Below, piece by piece: positions 18,095 to 27,371 of a stretch of 46,049 bases of DNA; the stretch's first letter is position 1, and every line of letters begins with the position of its first letter. The stretch is from Thermoplasmatota archaeon (GTDB lineage: Archaea; Thermoplasmatota; E2; DHVEG-1; B18-G2): contig JAPDJO010000050.1 of the NCBI GenBank assembly GCA_029259115.1, forward strand, positions 1 through 46,049, given 5' to 3'. Made by a program: the position numbers and the translations under genes. Under the pieces are notes generated by a model. The model searched no databases and was not told where the DNA came from. It worked only from the letters and a program-made list of their open reading frames with translations.

Positions 18095-20683
18095 TTATAC
18101 CTTGGTGAGAATAACCTCTCCTTCTACACCATCATACATCTGTGGATGCTGACTCTTTCCACGGGATGCTGCATATGCTGTCGTGAGAGGAGCAGCATAA
18201 GCAAAAGCCTCTTCAGCAGACACCATCCCGTCTTTCTCATAGCCGTTCACCCCATCTGCTGCCCCCTTCATTCCCTGCGCGAGATAATATCCAAAAACAC
18301 CGCTTCTCAGGGCATCAAATGCCCACGACGATTCATCATCCATAGAAGATGCCAAGATCAATCTACCCTCACCTTGTATATATGACATGAATCCACCAGA
18401 CTCACAGAATTCTAGTATGAGAACTGTCTTGTTTGTGTAAAGTTTATCAAGGAAATATTCCTCAAAGAGGGTGTAAGGTATACCACCGCACTTTTCGTAT
18501 GTAGCAAACCCTGTATCTCCTCCATGTCCTGCAAAGTAGAAAAGAACAACATCATCCGCATCTTCCTTATCCGCTGTTTCGTTTAGGGCTTGATATACCT
18601 CACTTGATGTTGCATCTAATAAAAGTGTTACACTCCATCCACTCTCTACCAGCAGAGATGCTATGTTTTCTGCATCATTTCTTGCCCATTTTGCTGGTTT
18701 ACTAACCTCGTAATTTTCACATCCAACAACTACAGCCCAGCGCTCTGTAACTCCATCTGGCTCATTTCCTTCATACTCGCCATACTCTCTGAAACAGAGA
18801 TCAACATCCAGCTCTTTCCATTCTCCATTTTCATATGCATAGGCTGAACCTCTTTTATACGGATTGTTACTTCCATAGAATATCTTGTAGTAGTTTCTCT
18901 CATTTCCTGGTTTAACTATCATTTTAGCTACAATATAATACTCTTTGTGCAATTTCATATTATAGTTGCTCAGATCAAAATAGAACCATCCCTCTCTTGG
19001 CAGATCTCTTGGATCCATAGTCACATACGCTATATCTTCTCCATCTAATGATTCTCTAAATGAGATTTTTAAATATCCCATTATCCACCAGCCTGTTGGT
19101 TCTGCTGGTTGTATATTACCATTCGATGTTTTCTTGTTTACAGTTATCTTATTCAGCTTCATCCTTATAAATGATAGAATTTTAGCAAGCAATCCCTTGT
19201 CTTTGCCTCTGCCTGCTAATATGGAAGAGAGAGATGATGCAACACCGCCGTTATCAGTACTATCAAAACCGGTCTTTTTCCCTATAAGTAGCTCTATGCC
19301 TACAAATTTTATGTACTTCTTTGGTTTGAAGGACTGAGCATACATCTTGTCTCCATACAGTTTAAAGTATCCATCTCGCTTTTCTTGTCTCTGGTCGATC
19401 CCTCCTCCTGCTGGCACTTTCGGTTTATCTCTAGGCTTTATCTCTATTGATTTGTATGCTATTCCCTTGCTTCCATTGTTATCAGTTATCACGAGTTTTA
19501 TTGTGTATCTTCCTTCCTGCTTGTATGTGTAGAGAGCCTTTTCACCATAGACAACATCTCCATTTCCGAGATACCATGTGTAGTTTACTATAATTCCATC
19601 TGGGTCATAGCTTTGAGATGCATTCAAAACAATAACTTCATTTACATAGCCAATGGAAGGAACTTCTGCTACTGCGATAGGCTCAGAGTTCCTCAGTGCC
19701 CTCGTTATCTTTATTTCGTAATTCCCTTCTCCTTCACCACCGCTCTCAAAATCAATCACTCTGACACGTATCACATACCTTCCTTCCTTTCTATAGATGT
19801 GGTTTATCTCTATAACCTTTCTTTCTGTGAATATGATCTGAGGTATGCTTCCATCTCCCCAGTCTATGTAGTAGCGATATCTGAAAGTGCTGATATTGTT
19901 CTCTACATCTACGGACAAAGTTGTGAATTCTACCTTGCCTGTTGATACCTCAACAACGAAGGGAATACTTACGCCCGTAGAATAGCTATCTGCAGGTTTT
20001 GATGGATATACAGAGACACAAAGCTCTGGAGTTTCGAGCACATCTATCCTTTTGCTTAAACCTCTATAACCGTATTTTTTCACTTCTATGACATACCTTC
20101 CGTGATCTTCTGGGGTTAGTTTTACTACACCATTACTTGATGTGTACCCATAGTCTACAGCTAGAAGGTGACCTACCTTCCTCAGAGTAACTTTTGCACC
20201 CTTAACAGGTCGAGAGGTATCTCTTTCGAGAACCCTCACGTAGAACTCCTTGTATTCATAAACAGAATTACCGTCGTTTATCTCTATCTTCAATTCCTTC
20301 TCAGGAGAATAGACCAACACCTTGACAGTCCTCTCCTTCGTTACACCATCACATGTGACCTTAGCCTTCGCCTCAAAGTATCCTACCTTCTTGTAAGTGT
20401 GATACAGCTTTACATAATCATAATCTGTATAGCCTATTATCTTGGGGCTGCCATCTCCAAAATCTATCTCGTATCTATATTTTCCAGTATGAACAGCTGT
20501 AGTAGAAACGAGTTCTTCAATCTCTAATTCAAAGCTTACCTTTGTACCTTTCTCGATCTTGATGAAAGTCTTTCCGTTAACCGTGAAGCTTTTTATATCA
20601 AAAGAGCCAGATGTTGCCAATGAGTTTACACCTGAGAAAATGAACATGCCAACCACAGCTAAAGCGAAGATAATCTTCCTCAT
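18095..20683 (-). CDS. Secreted caspase-family (peptidase C14-like, clan CD) protein with PKD domains
   Basis: Signal peptide; PKD motifs (IDFGDG, IDWGDG, SYDPDG..YTWYLGNG); C-terminal RWAVVVG..Y, NDA, FYFAGHG (His), LEFCESGGF (Cys), DGMVSAEEAFAY, QHPQMYD. Confidence 0.85.
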   Translation of the reverse strand: MRKIIFALAVVGMFIFSGVNSLATSGSFDIKSFTVNGKTFIKIEKGTKVSFELEIEELVSTTAVHTGKYRYEIDFGDGSPKIIGYTDYDYVKLYHTYKKVGYFEAKAKVTCDGVTKERTVKVLVYSPEKELKIEINDGNSVYEYKEFYVRVLERDTSRPVKGAKVTLRKVGHLLAVDYGYTSSNGVVKLTPEDHGRYVIEVKKYGYRGLSKRIDVLETPELCVSVYPSKPADSYSTGVSIPFVVEVSTGKVEFTTLSVDVENNISTFRYRYYIDWGDGSIPQIIFTERKVIEINHIYRKEGRYVIRVRVIDFESGGEGEGNYEIKITRALRNSEPIAVAEVPSIGYVNEVIVLNASQSYDPDGIIVNYTWYLGNGDVVYGEKALYTYKQEGRYTIKLVITDNNGSKGIAYKSIEIKPRDKPKVPAGGGIDQRQEKRDGYFKLYGDKMYAQSFKPKKYIKFVGIELLIGKKTGFDSTDNGGVASSLSSILAGRGKDKGLLAKILSFIRMKLNKITVNKKTSNGNIQPAEPTGWWIMGYLKISFRESLDGEDIAYVTMDPRDLPREGWFYFDLSNYNMKLHKEYYIVAKMIVKPGNERNYYKIFYGSNNPYKRGSAYAYENGEWKELDVDLCFREYGEYEGNEPDGVTERWAVVVGCENYEVSKPAKWARNDAENIASLLVESGWSVTLLLDATSSEVYQALNETADKEDADDVVLFYFAGHGGDTGFATYEKCGGIPYTLFEEYFLDKLYTNKTVLILEFCESGGFMSYIQGEGRLILASSMDDESSWAFDALRSGVFGYYLAQGMKGAADGVNGYEKDGMVSAEEAFAYAAPLTTAYAASRGKSQHPQMYDGVEGEVILTKV

Positions 20684-20794
20684 TCGAACATCACCTCAGA
20701 GTATACTATTGTATGTTTTCACGACTTATAAATATTTTGATTTCGTTATAAAAATAAGCCAACTTTTAAATACAGCTTATCTATACAAGGGTTG

Positions 20795-21175
20795 ATGTCA
20801 GTCTGGCAAGGAAGATCCAGGAGAGGAATAACAGGCAGAATACTCAGAAGTTACAGAAAGAAAAGAAAGTTCGAGATGGGAAGAGAGTTTCTACCCGTTC
20901 ACATAGGTGAAACCAGAAGAAAGATCATAAGGACTAGAGGAGGGAACTTAAAGGTCAGATTGCTATCTACAAACATAGCCTATGTTTTGGATAGAGATAC
21001 CGGAAAGGTGACAAAGACAGAGATTTTAAGCGTAGTAGAGAACCCAGCAAATCCACACTATGTCAGAAGAAACATAATAACCAAAGGAGCAATTATCGAG
21101 ACAAAGTTGGGTAAGGTAAAGGTTACTTCTCGACCTGGGCAGGATGGTGTTGTTCAGGGAGTCTTGGTGAAATAG
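20795..21175 (+). CDS. rps8e: 30S ribosomal protein S8e
   Basis: [63 protein letters not shown]. Confidence 0.97.
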   Translation: MSVWQGRSRRGITGRILRSYRKKRKFEMGREFLPVHIGETRRKIIRTRGGNLKVRLLSTNIAYVLDRDTGKVTKTEILSVVENPANPHYVRRNIITKGAIIETKLGKVKVTSRPGQDGVVQGVLVK

Positions 21176-21255
21176 TATTAAATCTATTTCGTGAACTCCT
21201 AAAGTGATTAAAGAAAGATTGAAGAATGGATGAATCGATTCACTCTGAGGTAGAT

Positions 21256-21543
21256 ATGGTATCAAGAGATGACGGGAAATATGTTATATGGCCTGTATAC
21301 TTCGATAAAAATATATCCAGAAGAGATGGAAGAAGAGTTCCAAAAAACATCGCTGTTGATAAACCTTCATTAGACAATATGTACAGGATAGCAAAGGAAA
21401 TGGGTTTGAATCCAGAAATAGAAAAGGAAGCGAAACACCCATCAAAACAGTGGGACTATAAGGGTAGGATACTTGTGGATAAGAAGGATAAGAAAGAAAA
21501 GATCCTCAGAGAGATTGCAAAAAGATTGAAAAGTCTATCTTGA
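21256..21543 (+). CDS. srp19: Signal recognition particle 19 kDa protein
   Basis: VIWPVYFD..SRRDGRRVPK..AV..P and KHP..W...GRILV; GAGGT SD before ATG 21256; adjacent to rps8e, a common archaeal pairing. Confidence 0.93.
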   Translation: MVSRDDGKYVIWPVYFDKNISRRDGRRVPKNIAVDKPSLDNMYRIAKEMGLNPEIEKEAKHPSKQWDYKGRILVDKKDKKEKILREIAKRLKSLS

Positions 21544-21675
21544 GAAAGTTTTTTAATCTGAGTATATAAAAATCCCTCATCTTATCTTAAGAAGGCAATC
21601 AAAAAAGAGAAGGTATATTTTGTACCAATAAATTTATATATTGAGATAGATATAAATTTAGTTCGGGTGAGAGTA

Positions 21676-24600
21676 ATGTCCGAGAAGAGATTGAAATCTA
21701 TCATGGTTTTAGCAATCATAGCTATACTGATAACACCAGCTGGAATCACGATGGCTAGACCTCCTGCACCAGGAGATGGAGATTTACCAACAGAGGATAC
21801 ATCTCCTGTTGATGGTGGAGATAGTGGTCCTACTCTTCCAGATGATCCTTCTATCATACCAGATGATGGATTTCCAGATAATCCCCCGTTTCCAGGCTAT
21901 GGAGCTCCTCTCCCAGATATAGGATGTGGGGCAGATGGGTATTACCAAGCTGATGATTATGGCAGAGTCACTTTTAAATTAAAGATAACAAGACCTCCAA
22001 TAAAGGGAAAATGGTATCTTGATTTTGGAGATGGTAGAAGTGTGAAAGGGGATATATCAAGAGATAATCTTAATGGAAGTAGCTGGTATTTAGAGGTAGA
22101 TCATACGTATTCAAGAAAAGGTGTTTACATTGCTGTTTTCAAAATCATATATCTTGGGGATCATGTAGAGGCTGACTGGGCTCCAGTATTTTATGGGTAT
22201 GAGCCCAATTTCAACCCCTACAAGAGGTTGTCTTGGTATGGTACAATGTATTCATATGTCTGGTGGATCAATTCATGGGACATTCCACCAAACGAAAACT
22301 CAAAAATATGGATAAAGATGCCAGATGAAAGTTTCAGATCCCAGCTAATAAAATTCGTCAAAGAATTTTACACCCCTATAGGATATTGTGACAATACATC
22401 CTTGGAGAGAGTAGAAAGAATGGTGAACATTCTAAAGAACAGTTACACGATTCCACCCAAAAATCTCTCACAGTATCTGTATATACCTTCAGGTTACAAG
22501 AAGTCTGGAAGATGGAGACCTGATTATGTTGTTGGAAGAGAGAGACTCTATTTTGTAGGCGAAACAATCAAGTTCAATATATATTACAGAAATACGGGTA
22601 CCACGGCCGTAGAGGAACAGAGAATAAACTGTTACTTACCATACACTCTTTACTTTATATCCGCATACTACAAAGGAAAAAGGATAAATCCATTCCCCTA
22701 TCCTTCACCCTATTTCAACCCACATAATCCCACACTTCTTATAGGGTATTCGAATTCCTATGGAAGAGATAATCCACAGAATCCTCTATGGATAGGTCAC
22801 AGATATGCAGACTGGCATTTCTTCCCATTTACGAGATTAAGCTTTACACTGCCTGGTAAGATCTATCCAGGAGAGGTAGTTAATCTGACAATCGTCTGTT
22901 ATGTAAGATCCCCGCCTGGTATCAAATCCCTAGCTGATTGGGGTGTGTGGTGGGATCCGAACTGGAGATCAAATGATAGAGCAAAATATGCTCCAACCTT
23001 GGCAATTGTTGCAAGTTGCTCAGGATGGGGCGAATACGGACCTACAGAAACTGCAACAAAAGCAGAATTCACGATTATTCACAGACTAAAACATTACACA
23101 TTGACCGCTAAAGTTGCTTCAGGTAGAGGGAACATATCATTGCCAATATTTGTTGGCGGAAAGAGACAGAAGGTAGTTTATGTGACTTACAGGTTATCTA
23201 AAAATGAATCATACAACTGGACTGAGCCAAACTATCAACCCAAAATAGGAGACACCACCTTCATAGATCGACTTATCGTAGATGATAAAGTCATATATCT
23301 ACCACCCATATATCTGAGAGACCTGAGAAACCTGACAATCCTAGACAAAAATATTACTCGAGTCTTTTATCTTTCCTCTGATCTAGACGAGGAGAATATA
23401 ACGAGAATTATTACGAACATACTAAGTGCTGGAGGAAGATTCAAGGTCGATATACTCTCTTTGTACATCAGTGATGGTATACTAACAAACAGTAGCGCAA
23501 CTGTATGCTACGAGAACTTCTATGCCCACAGAAGAGTCATTAGACCAGAAGCCATACCAGAGGAGTCGTATGAGTTTGACCACTGGGAGGGAGACATTAG
23601 TAAGGCTATAACAGGTTCAAATAAGAAAAACCCAACCGCAGTCATTATGGATGACGACAAGATGATCCTGGCTTACTTCACGGAAAAAGGAGAGATTTAT
23701 TACTCTCTGAATGTAACTGTTGTTGGTAACGGAAAAGTGGAGTTGAATCCGCCTGGAGGAATTTATGAAGAAGGCACTGTGGTGAATCTAACAGCCATAC
23801 CAGACTATGGCTGGAGATTTGATCACTGGTCTGGGGATGTAAGCGGAAGTGATACAGAAGCTCATATAGTGATGAATTCAAACAAAACAGTTACTGCATA
23901 CTTTGTCAAAGAAAATAACACCCATACACTCAGAGTTTATGTGAATCCATGTGGATCTGGTTACTTCTATGTGAATCCGCCTGGTGACTACTTTACCCAC
24001 GTAGAGTTAGAGTATCCAGAAGGAGCAGAGGTAAACATAAAGGCTATACCCATTTCTAGCACCTACGTTTTCGATCACTGGTCCGGAGATGCAAGTGGGA
24101 GTGATGACACCATAACGATAACAATGGATGCAGACAAAACAATATATGCACACTTTAGAGTAAACGATTCCTCAAAATCTGCTTCCATAGAATTTGAAAT
24201 TAATGATAACAACGATACTCTAACGGTCAAAAGCTTCGAGCCAGATAATCTCAAATGGGATAATCTCACCATATATTGTTATAACACCACCTATGATGTA
24301 AGTGTGTTAGAGAAGGAAGGCTTTGTTCATATAGGAGATGTGATTGATGTAAAAGAGGCAGGCTTAACTAGAGAAGTTACTGTTGAGATTTGGTTCGAAG
24401 ACAGTGGAACCTTTGTATTGCTTGCAAGTTACCAACTATATATATCACCATCTTCTGCCACCAGGTATTACACCTTGGACATACAAATTATTCCATCAGA
24501 TGGAGGTCAGGTCAAGGTAAAACCATCAGGATATTGGTTCAAGGAGGGAGAAACAGTAACAATCGAAGTGTATCCATCAGATGGCTACGAATTTGATGGT

Positions 24601-25035
24601 TGGGGTGGAGATGCAAGTGGATATGTTGGTACAAATATAAGTATAGTGATGGACTCGAATAAGAGTATCATAGTCTATTTCTCTGAGAGCTCTGAGGATA
24701 CTGGAGACTCTTTATCTCTAAACATAGTTAGACCAAAGACAGGTGTGCTCTACATAAGAGGAAGATCGATGATCCGTATACCTCTTGTAAAGAGAGCTGT
24801 AATTATAGGACCAGCAACTATCGAAGTCATAGAGTCTGGTGGTATCGATAGGGTTGTCTTCTATCTTAACGGTGAAGCTGTGTACACAGATCTGGATAAG
24901 CCCTTTGAACTCAAGTTAAGCAAGAGACTATTAGGTATGTATACTATAGAAGCAGTAGGATACGACGATGATACAAGCAAACAAGCATCAACATCTATAA
25001 ATATCTTTATATTAAATTTGAGAGGAGGAAAATAA
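21676..25035 (+). CDS. Large secreted surface protein: Pro/Asp-rich N-terminus, PKD, DUF11-like Ig, four InlB B-repeat-like domains, C-terminal Ig-like domain
   Basis: Sec signal; LDFGDG PKD; repeated FDHWxGD.SG...I.MD.xK.(I/V).AxF; C-terminal RPKTGVLYI...IIGPATIEV...VVFYLNG...PF...YTIEAVGYD. GGTGA SD before ATG 21676. Confidence 0.8.
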   Translation: MSEKRLKSIMVLAIIAILITPAGITMARPPAPGDGDLPTEDTSPVDGGDSGPTLPDDPSIIPDDGFPDNPPFPGYGAPLPDIGCGADGYYQADDYGRVTFKLKITRPPIKGKWYLDFGDGRSVKGDISRDNLNGSSWYLEVDHTYSRKGVYIAVFKIIYLGDHVEADWAPVFYGYEPNFNPYKRLSWYGTMYSYVWWINSWDIPPNENSKIWIKMPDESFRSQLIKFVKEFYTPIGYCDNTSLERVERMVNILKNSYTIPPKNLSQYLYIPSGYKKSGRWRPDYVVGRERLYFVGETIKFNIYYRNTGTTAVEEQRINCYLPYTLYFISAYYKGKRINPFPYPSPYFNPHNPTLLIGYSNSYGRDNPQNPLWIGHRYADWHFFPFTRLSFTLPGKIYPGEVVNLTIVCYVRSPPGIKSLADWGVWWDPNWRSNDRAKYAPTLAIVASCSGWGEYGPTETATKAEFTIIHRLKHYTLTAKVASGRGNISLPIFVGGKRQKVVYVTYRLSKNESYNWTEPNYQPKIGDTTFIDRLIVDDKVIYLPPIYLRDLRNLTILDKNITRVFYLSSDLDEENITRIITNILSAGGRFKVDILSLYISDGILTNSSATVCYENFYAHRRVIRPEAIPEESYEFDHWEGDISKAITGSNKKNPTAVIMDDDKMILAYFTEKGEIYYSLNVTVVGNGKVELNPPGGIYEEGTVVNLTAIPDYGWRFDHWSGDVSGSDTEAHIVMNSNKTVTAYFVKENNTHTLRVYVNPCGSGYFYVNPPGDYFTHVELEYPEGAEVNIKAIPISSTYVFDHWSGDASGSDDTITITMDADKTIYAHFRVNDSSKSASIEFEINDNNDTLTVKSFEPDNLKWDNLTIYCYNTTYDVSVLEKEGFVHIGDVIDVKEAGLTREVTVEIWFEDSGTFVLLASYQLYISPSSATRYYTLDIQIIPSDGGQVKVKPSGYWFKEGETVTIEVYPSDGYEFDGWGGDASGYVGTNISIVMDSNKSIIVYFSESSEDTGDSLSLNIVRPKTGVLYIRGRSMIRIPLVKRAVIIGPATIEVIESGGIDRVVFYLNGEAVYTDLDKPFELKLSKRLLGMYTIEAVGYDDDTSKQASTSINIFILNLRGGK

Positions 25036-25125
25036 GTTAACGCTTAACATTAAATTTTCTCTCTTTTTAATTTATTAATTTGATTTATAATTTCCGAAAG
25101 TAAATTAGAATTTGTTTTCTATATA

Positions 25126-25146
25126 TTGATAGATATTATCTAGCAA
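25126..25146. repeat. Palindromic motif copy 1 (consensus TTGCTAGATA-T-TATCTAGCAA)
   Basis: TTGATAGATATTATCTAGCAA, one mismatch from the perfect palindrome; copies at 26180 and 26481. Confidence 0.8.
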
Positions 25147-25155
25147 GCATAATCC

Positions 25156-25180
25156 TTATAATTCGAAGTTCGAATTATAA
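25156..25180. promoter_or_regulatory. Perfect 12-bp inverted repeat just upstream of the recombinase start (operator or recombinase site)
   Basis: TTATAATTCGAA-G-TTCGAATTATAA ends 6 bp before ATG 25187. Confidence 0.6.
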
Positions 25181-25186
25181 TCTGGG

Positions 25187-26008
25187 ATGGGAGACGAAGA
25201 AAAAAAGTTAAGAGTGGCTATCTATACTAGAGTTTCTACTGAGGATCAGGCTAAAGAAGGTTTTTCTCTCAAAGCTCAACTTGATAAGCTGAGATCCTAC
25301 TGTAAGGCGAGGGGCTGGGAAATAGCTGGAGAGTATACTGATGATGGCTACTCTGGAAGAACTACGAGAAGACCCGCGTACCAAAAGATGATGCGAGAGA
25401 TGGATAAATGGGATGCAATTCTTGTAATTAAGATGGACAGGATACATAGAAACTCAAAGAACTTCATGATGATGATGGAGCAGCTGAGAGCACGTGGGAA
25501 AGAATTCGTATCAATGACAGAATCTCTCGATACTTCTACAGCCATGGGTAGATTCGTTATGGATATAATTCAGAGAATAGCTCAGCTTGAGAGCGAGCAG
25601 ATTGGAGAAAGAGTTTATGTTGGTATGGAACAAAAAGCCAAGATGGGGAAGGGGATGCTAGGGTTTAATATCCCTTATGGTTATGATTATGTTAACGGTA
25701 AACTTATAATCAATAAAGAAGAGGCCGAGATTGTCAAAAAGATATTTCAGTGGTATCTAGATGGAAAAAGTATTGGCTGGATCGTAAAAACCCTTCAGAA
25801 ACGGAAAATTTCGACGAAAAAAGGGGGGGTATGGGCTAAAAAAACGGTTTCTAGCATACTAAAAAATCCTATCTACTGTGGATATCTCAAATGGGAAAAA
25901 TATCTCAACAAAGGCGATCATGAGCCGATAATAGATGTTGATACCTTTAACAAGGTTCAAAATTTGATCAAAAAGAGAGGAGGTAAACCTTCAGTTTTGA
26001 TAAAGTGA
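25187..26008 (+). CDS. Serine recombinase (resolvase catalytic domain plus recombinase DNA-binding domain; no zinc ribbon or coiled coil)
   Basis: AIYTRVSTEDQ (catalytic Ser), DDGYSG..RP, KMDRIHRN, AQLESEQIGER, PYGYD, ILKNPIYCG, HEPIID..TF.KVQ; ends at 273 aa. Confidence 0.93.
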   Translation: MGDEEKKLRVAIYTRVSTEDQAKEGFSLKAQLDKLRSYCKARGWEIAGEYTDDGYSGRTTRRPAYQKMMREMDKWDAILVIKMDRIHRNSKNFMMMMEQLRARGKEFVSMTESLDTSTAMGRFVMDIIQRIAQLESEQIGERVYVGMEQKAKMGKGMLGFNIPYGYDYVNGKLIINKEEAEIVKKIFQWYLDGKSIGWIVKTLQKRKISTKKGGVWAKKTVSSILKNPIYCGYLKWEKYLNKGDHEPIIDVDTFNKVQNLIKKRGGKPSVLIK

Positions 26009-26020
26009 TGATTTATTAAT

Positions 26021-26046
26021 TTAGTTAAGCTACAAAGTTAAATAGT
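26021..26046. repeat. Left 26-bp inverted repeat bounding a ~590 bp non-coding segment
   Basis: TTAGTTAAGCTACAAAGTTAAATAGT; its reverse complement matches 26585-26610 at 22/26. Confidence 0.72.
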
Positions 26047-26179
26047 TAATTTTAAAATTAAATTGAAAGGAAATATCTTTTCGTGGCCTAAATTATATAG
26101 TGATACCAATTTGCAGAAAAGACTAAAGTTTTTGATTCATACACGAAGAGAATAAAAAGAATATCTCTATCAGCAAACC

Positions 26180-26200
26180 ATGCTATATATTATCTAGCAA
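26180..26200. repeat. Palindromic motif copy 2
   Basis: ATGCTATATATTATCTAGCAA; 26181-26200 is identical to 26482-26501. Confidence 0.8.
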
Positions 26201-26334
26201 ATGAAAGGGGTAAATTCTGATTTCTGCGATTTTTGATGGTTCTGAACGAATTTCAAAAATGTCTTAAATCGCCTGTTTTCGCTCAAAACCCCTTAGTTTT
26301 TTGCAAAAATTCCAAATTCTAAGATAGATATACA

Positions 26335-26360
26335 GTTACCTTCGGTAGTCCGAAGGTAAC
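26335..26360. repeat. Perfect 11-bp inverted repeat/hairpin with a 4-nt spacer
   Basis: GTTACCTTCGG-TAGT-CCGAAGGTAAC. Confidence 0.8.
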
Positions 26361-26480
26361 CCACAACTAAGGATATTTTAAGATAGAAAAATAGGAATCG
26401 AGGAAAGAATCAAGGAATCTCTGAAAAGTTTCAGGAAAAGAGGAAAATTGATCGTAGGCTGATTCAAGTAAGAATTTTGT

Positions 26481-26501
26481 TTGCTATATATTATCTAGCA
26501 A
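26481..26501. repeat. Palindromic motif copy 3
   Basis: TTGCTATATATTATCTAGCAA, followed by GCA as in copy 1. Confidence 0.8.
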
Positions 26502-26584
26502 GCAAATCTGCTAAAATCTAAATTTTTGTTTTGTTCGTTTGGATTAAAGTTTTTGATATGATTTTAAATTAAAATATCAAGTTT

Positions 26585-26610
26585 ATTAGTTAACTTGTTA
26601 GCTTAACTAA
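26585..26610. repeat. Right 26-bp inverted repeat
   Basis: ATTAGTTAACTTGTTAGCTTAACTAA; internally dyad-symmetric (TTAGTTAA-N9-TTAACTAA). Confidence 0.72.
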
Positions 26611-26705
26611 CTTTATTAAATTAAACTTAAGGGTAAAATGAAACAAAAAGTTTAAAAATAATAACTGGCTTATCATCTCGAGCTAGGTACAGAAGGGGAG
26701 CATTT

Positions 26706-27371
26706 ATGTATGTTGTGATTGTAGGAGCAGGGCGTATAGGACAACGCCTTACTGAGCTTGCCCTAAGAGATGACAGAGAAAAGAACAATGTTATTGTCAT
26801 AGATAAAAATCAGGAGAGATGTGAGGAGATAGCTAGAAAATACGATGTTATAGCTATCAATGCAGATGCGACCCAAGAAGAAACCTTAGAAGAGTCAGAG
26901 GTTAAAAAAGCGGATGTCCTAGTTGCTACAACTAGAGATGATGCGGTTAATCTTATGGTTGTCTCTCTAGCCAAGAATAAAGGAGTGAAAAGACTTGTCT
27001 CTCTTGTAAATCAAGAAGAGAGTATACCAATGTTTATGGAGAAAGGAGTTAAAATAGTTAAAAACCCTGCCTTACTCATTGCCGAACATCTTTACAGAAG
27101 TATAAGGTATCCAGAGATAGAAGAGTACATGAACGTTGGAGAAAACGTCTCTATATTTAGATTGACTTTACCTGAGAACAGCAAACTGGCTGGAAAAAGT
27201 ATAAGAGAGATAGCTTTGCCTAAAAAGAGTCTTATAGTTGCCATAGAGAGAAAGGACAAATTTATTATACCAACAGAAGAGGTTGTCTTAGAACCCAGTG
27301 ATAAACTAACAGTCTTGGCACACAAAGATGTAGTTGACAGAATAACCAACCTTTTAACATCTGTAATTTAG
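26706..27371 (+). CDS. trkA: TrkA-family potassium uptake NAD-binding protein (RCK_N plus RCK_C)
   Basis: VVIVGAGRIG Rossmann motif, ADAT..TLEE, ADVLVATT.DD..NL, C-terminal RCK_C (LIVAIER...IIP). Confidence 0.88.
   Translation: MYVVIVGAGRIGQRLTELALRDDREKNNVIVIDKNQERCEEIARKYDVIAINADATQEETLEESEVKKADVLVATTRDDAVNLMVVSLAKNKGVKRLVSLVNQEESIPMFMEKGVKIVKNPALLIAEHLYRSIRYPEIEEYMNVGENVSIFRLTLPENSKLAGKSIREIALPKKSLIVAIERKDKFIIPTEEVVLEPSDKLTVLAHKDVVDRITNLLTSVI

Noticed and set aside
25036-26705. Replication origin (oriC)
   Set aside because: AT-rich with repeats and one GAAAGGGG string, but no canonical ORB (TCCA.TGGAAA) and no adjacent orc1/cdc6. Not supported, though not fully excluded.
25187-26705. Prophage or IS boundary, or CRISPR array
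   Set aside because: No viral or transposase genes, tRNA or target duplication seen. Repeats are few and irregularly spaced, with no repeat-spacer periodicity.
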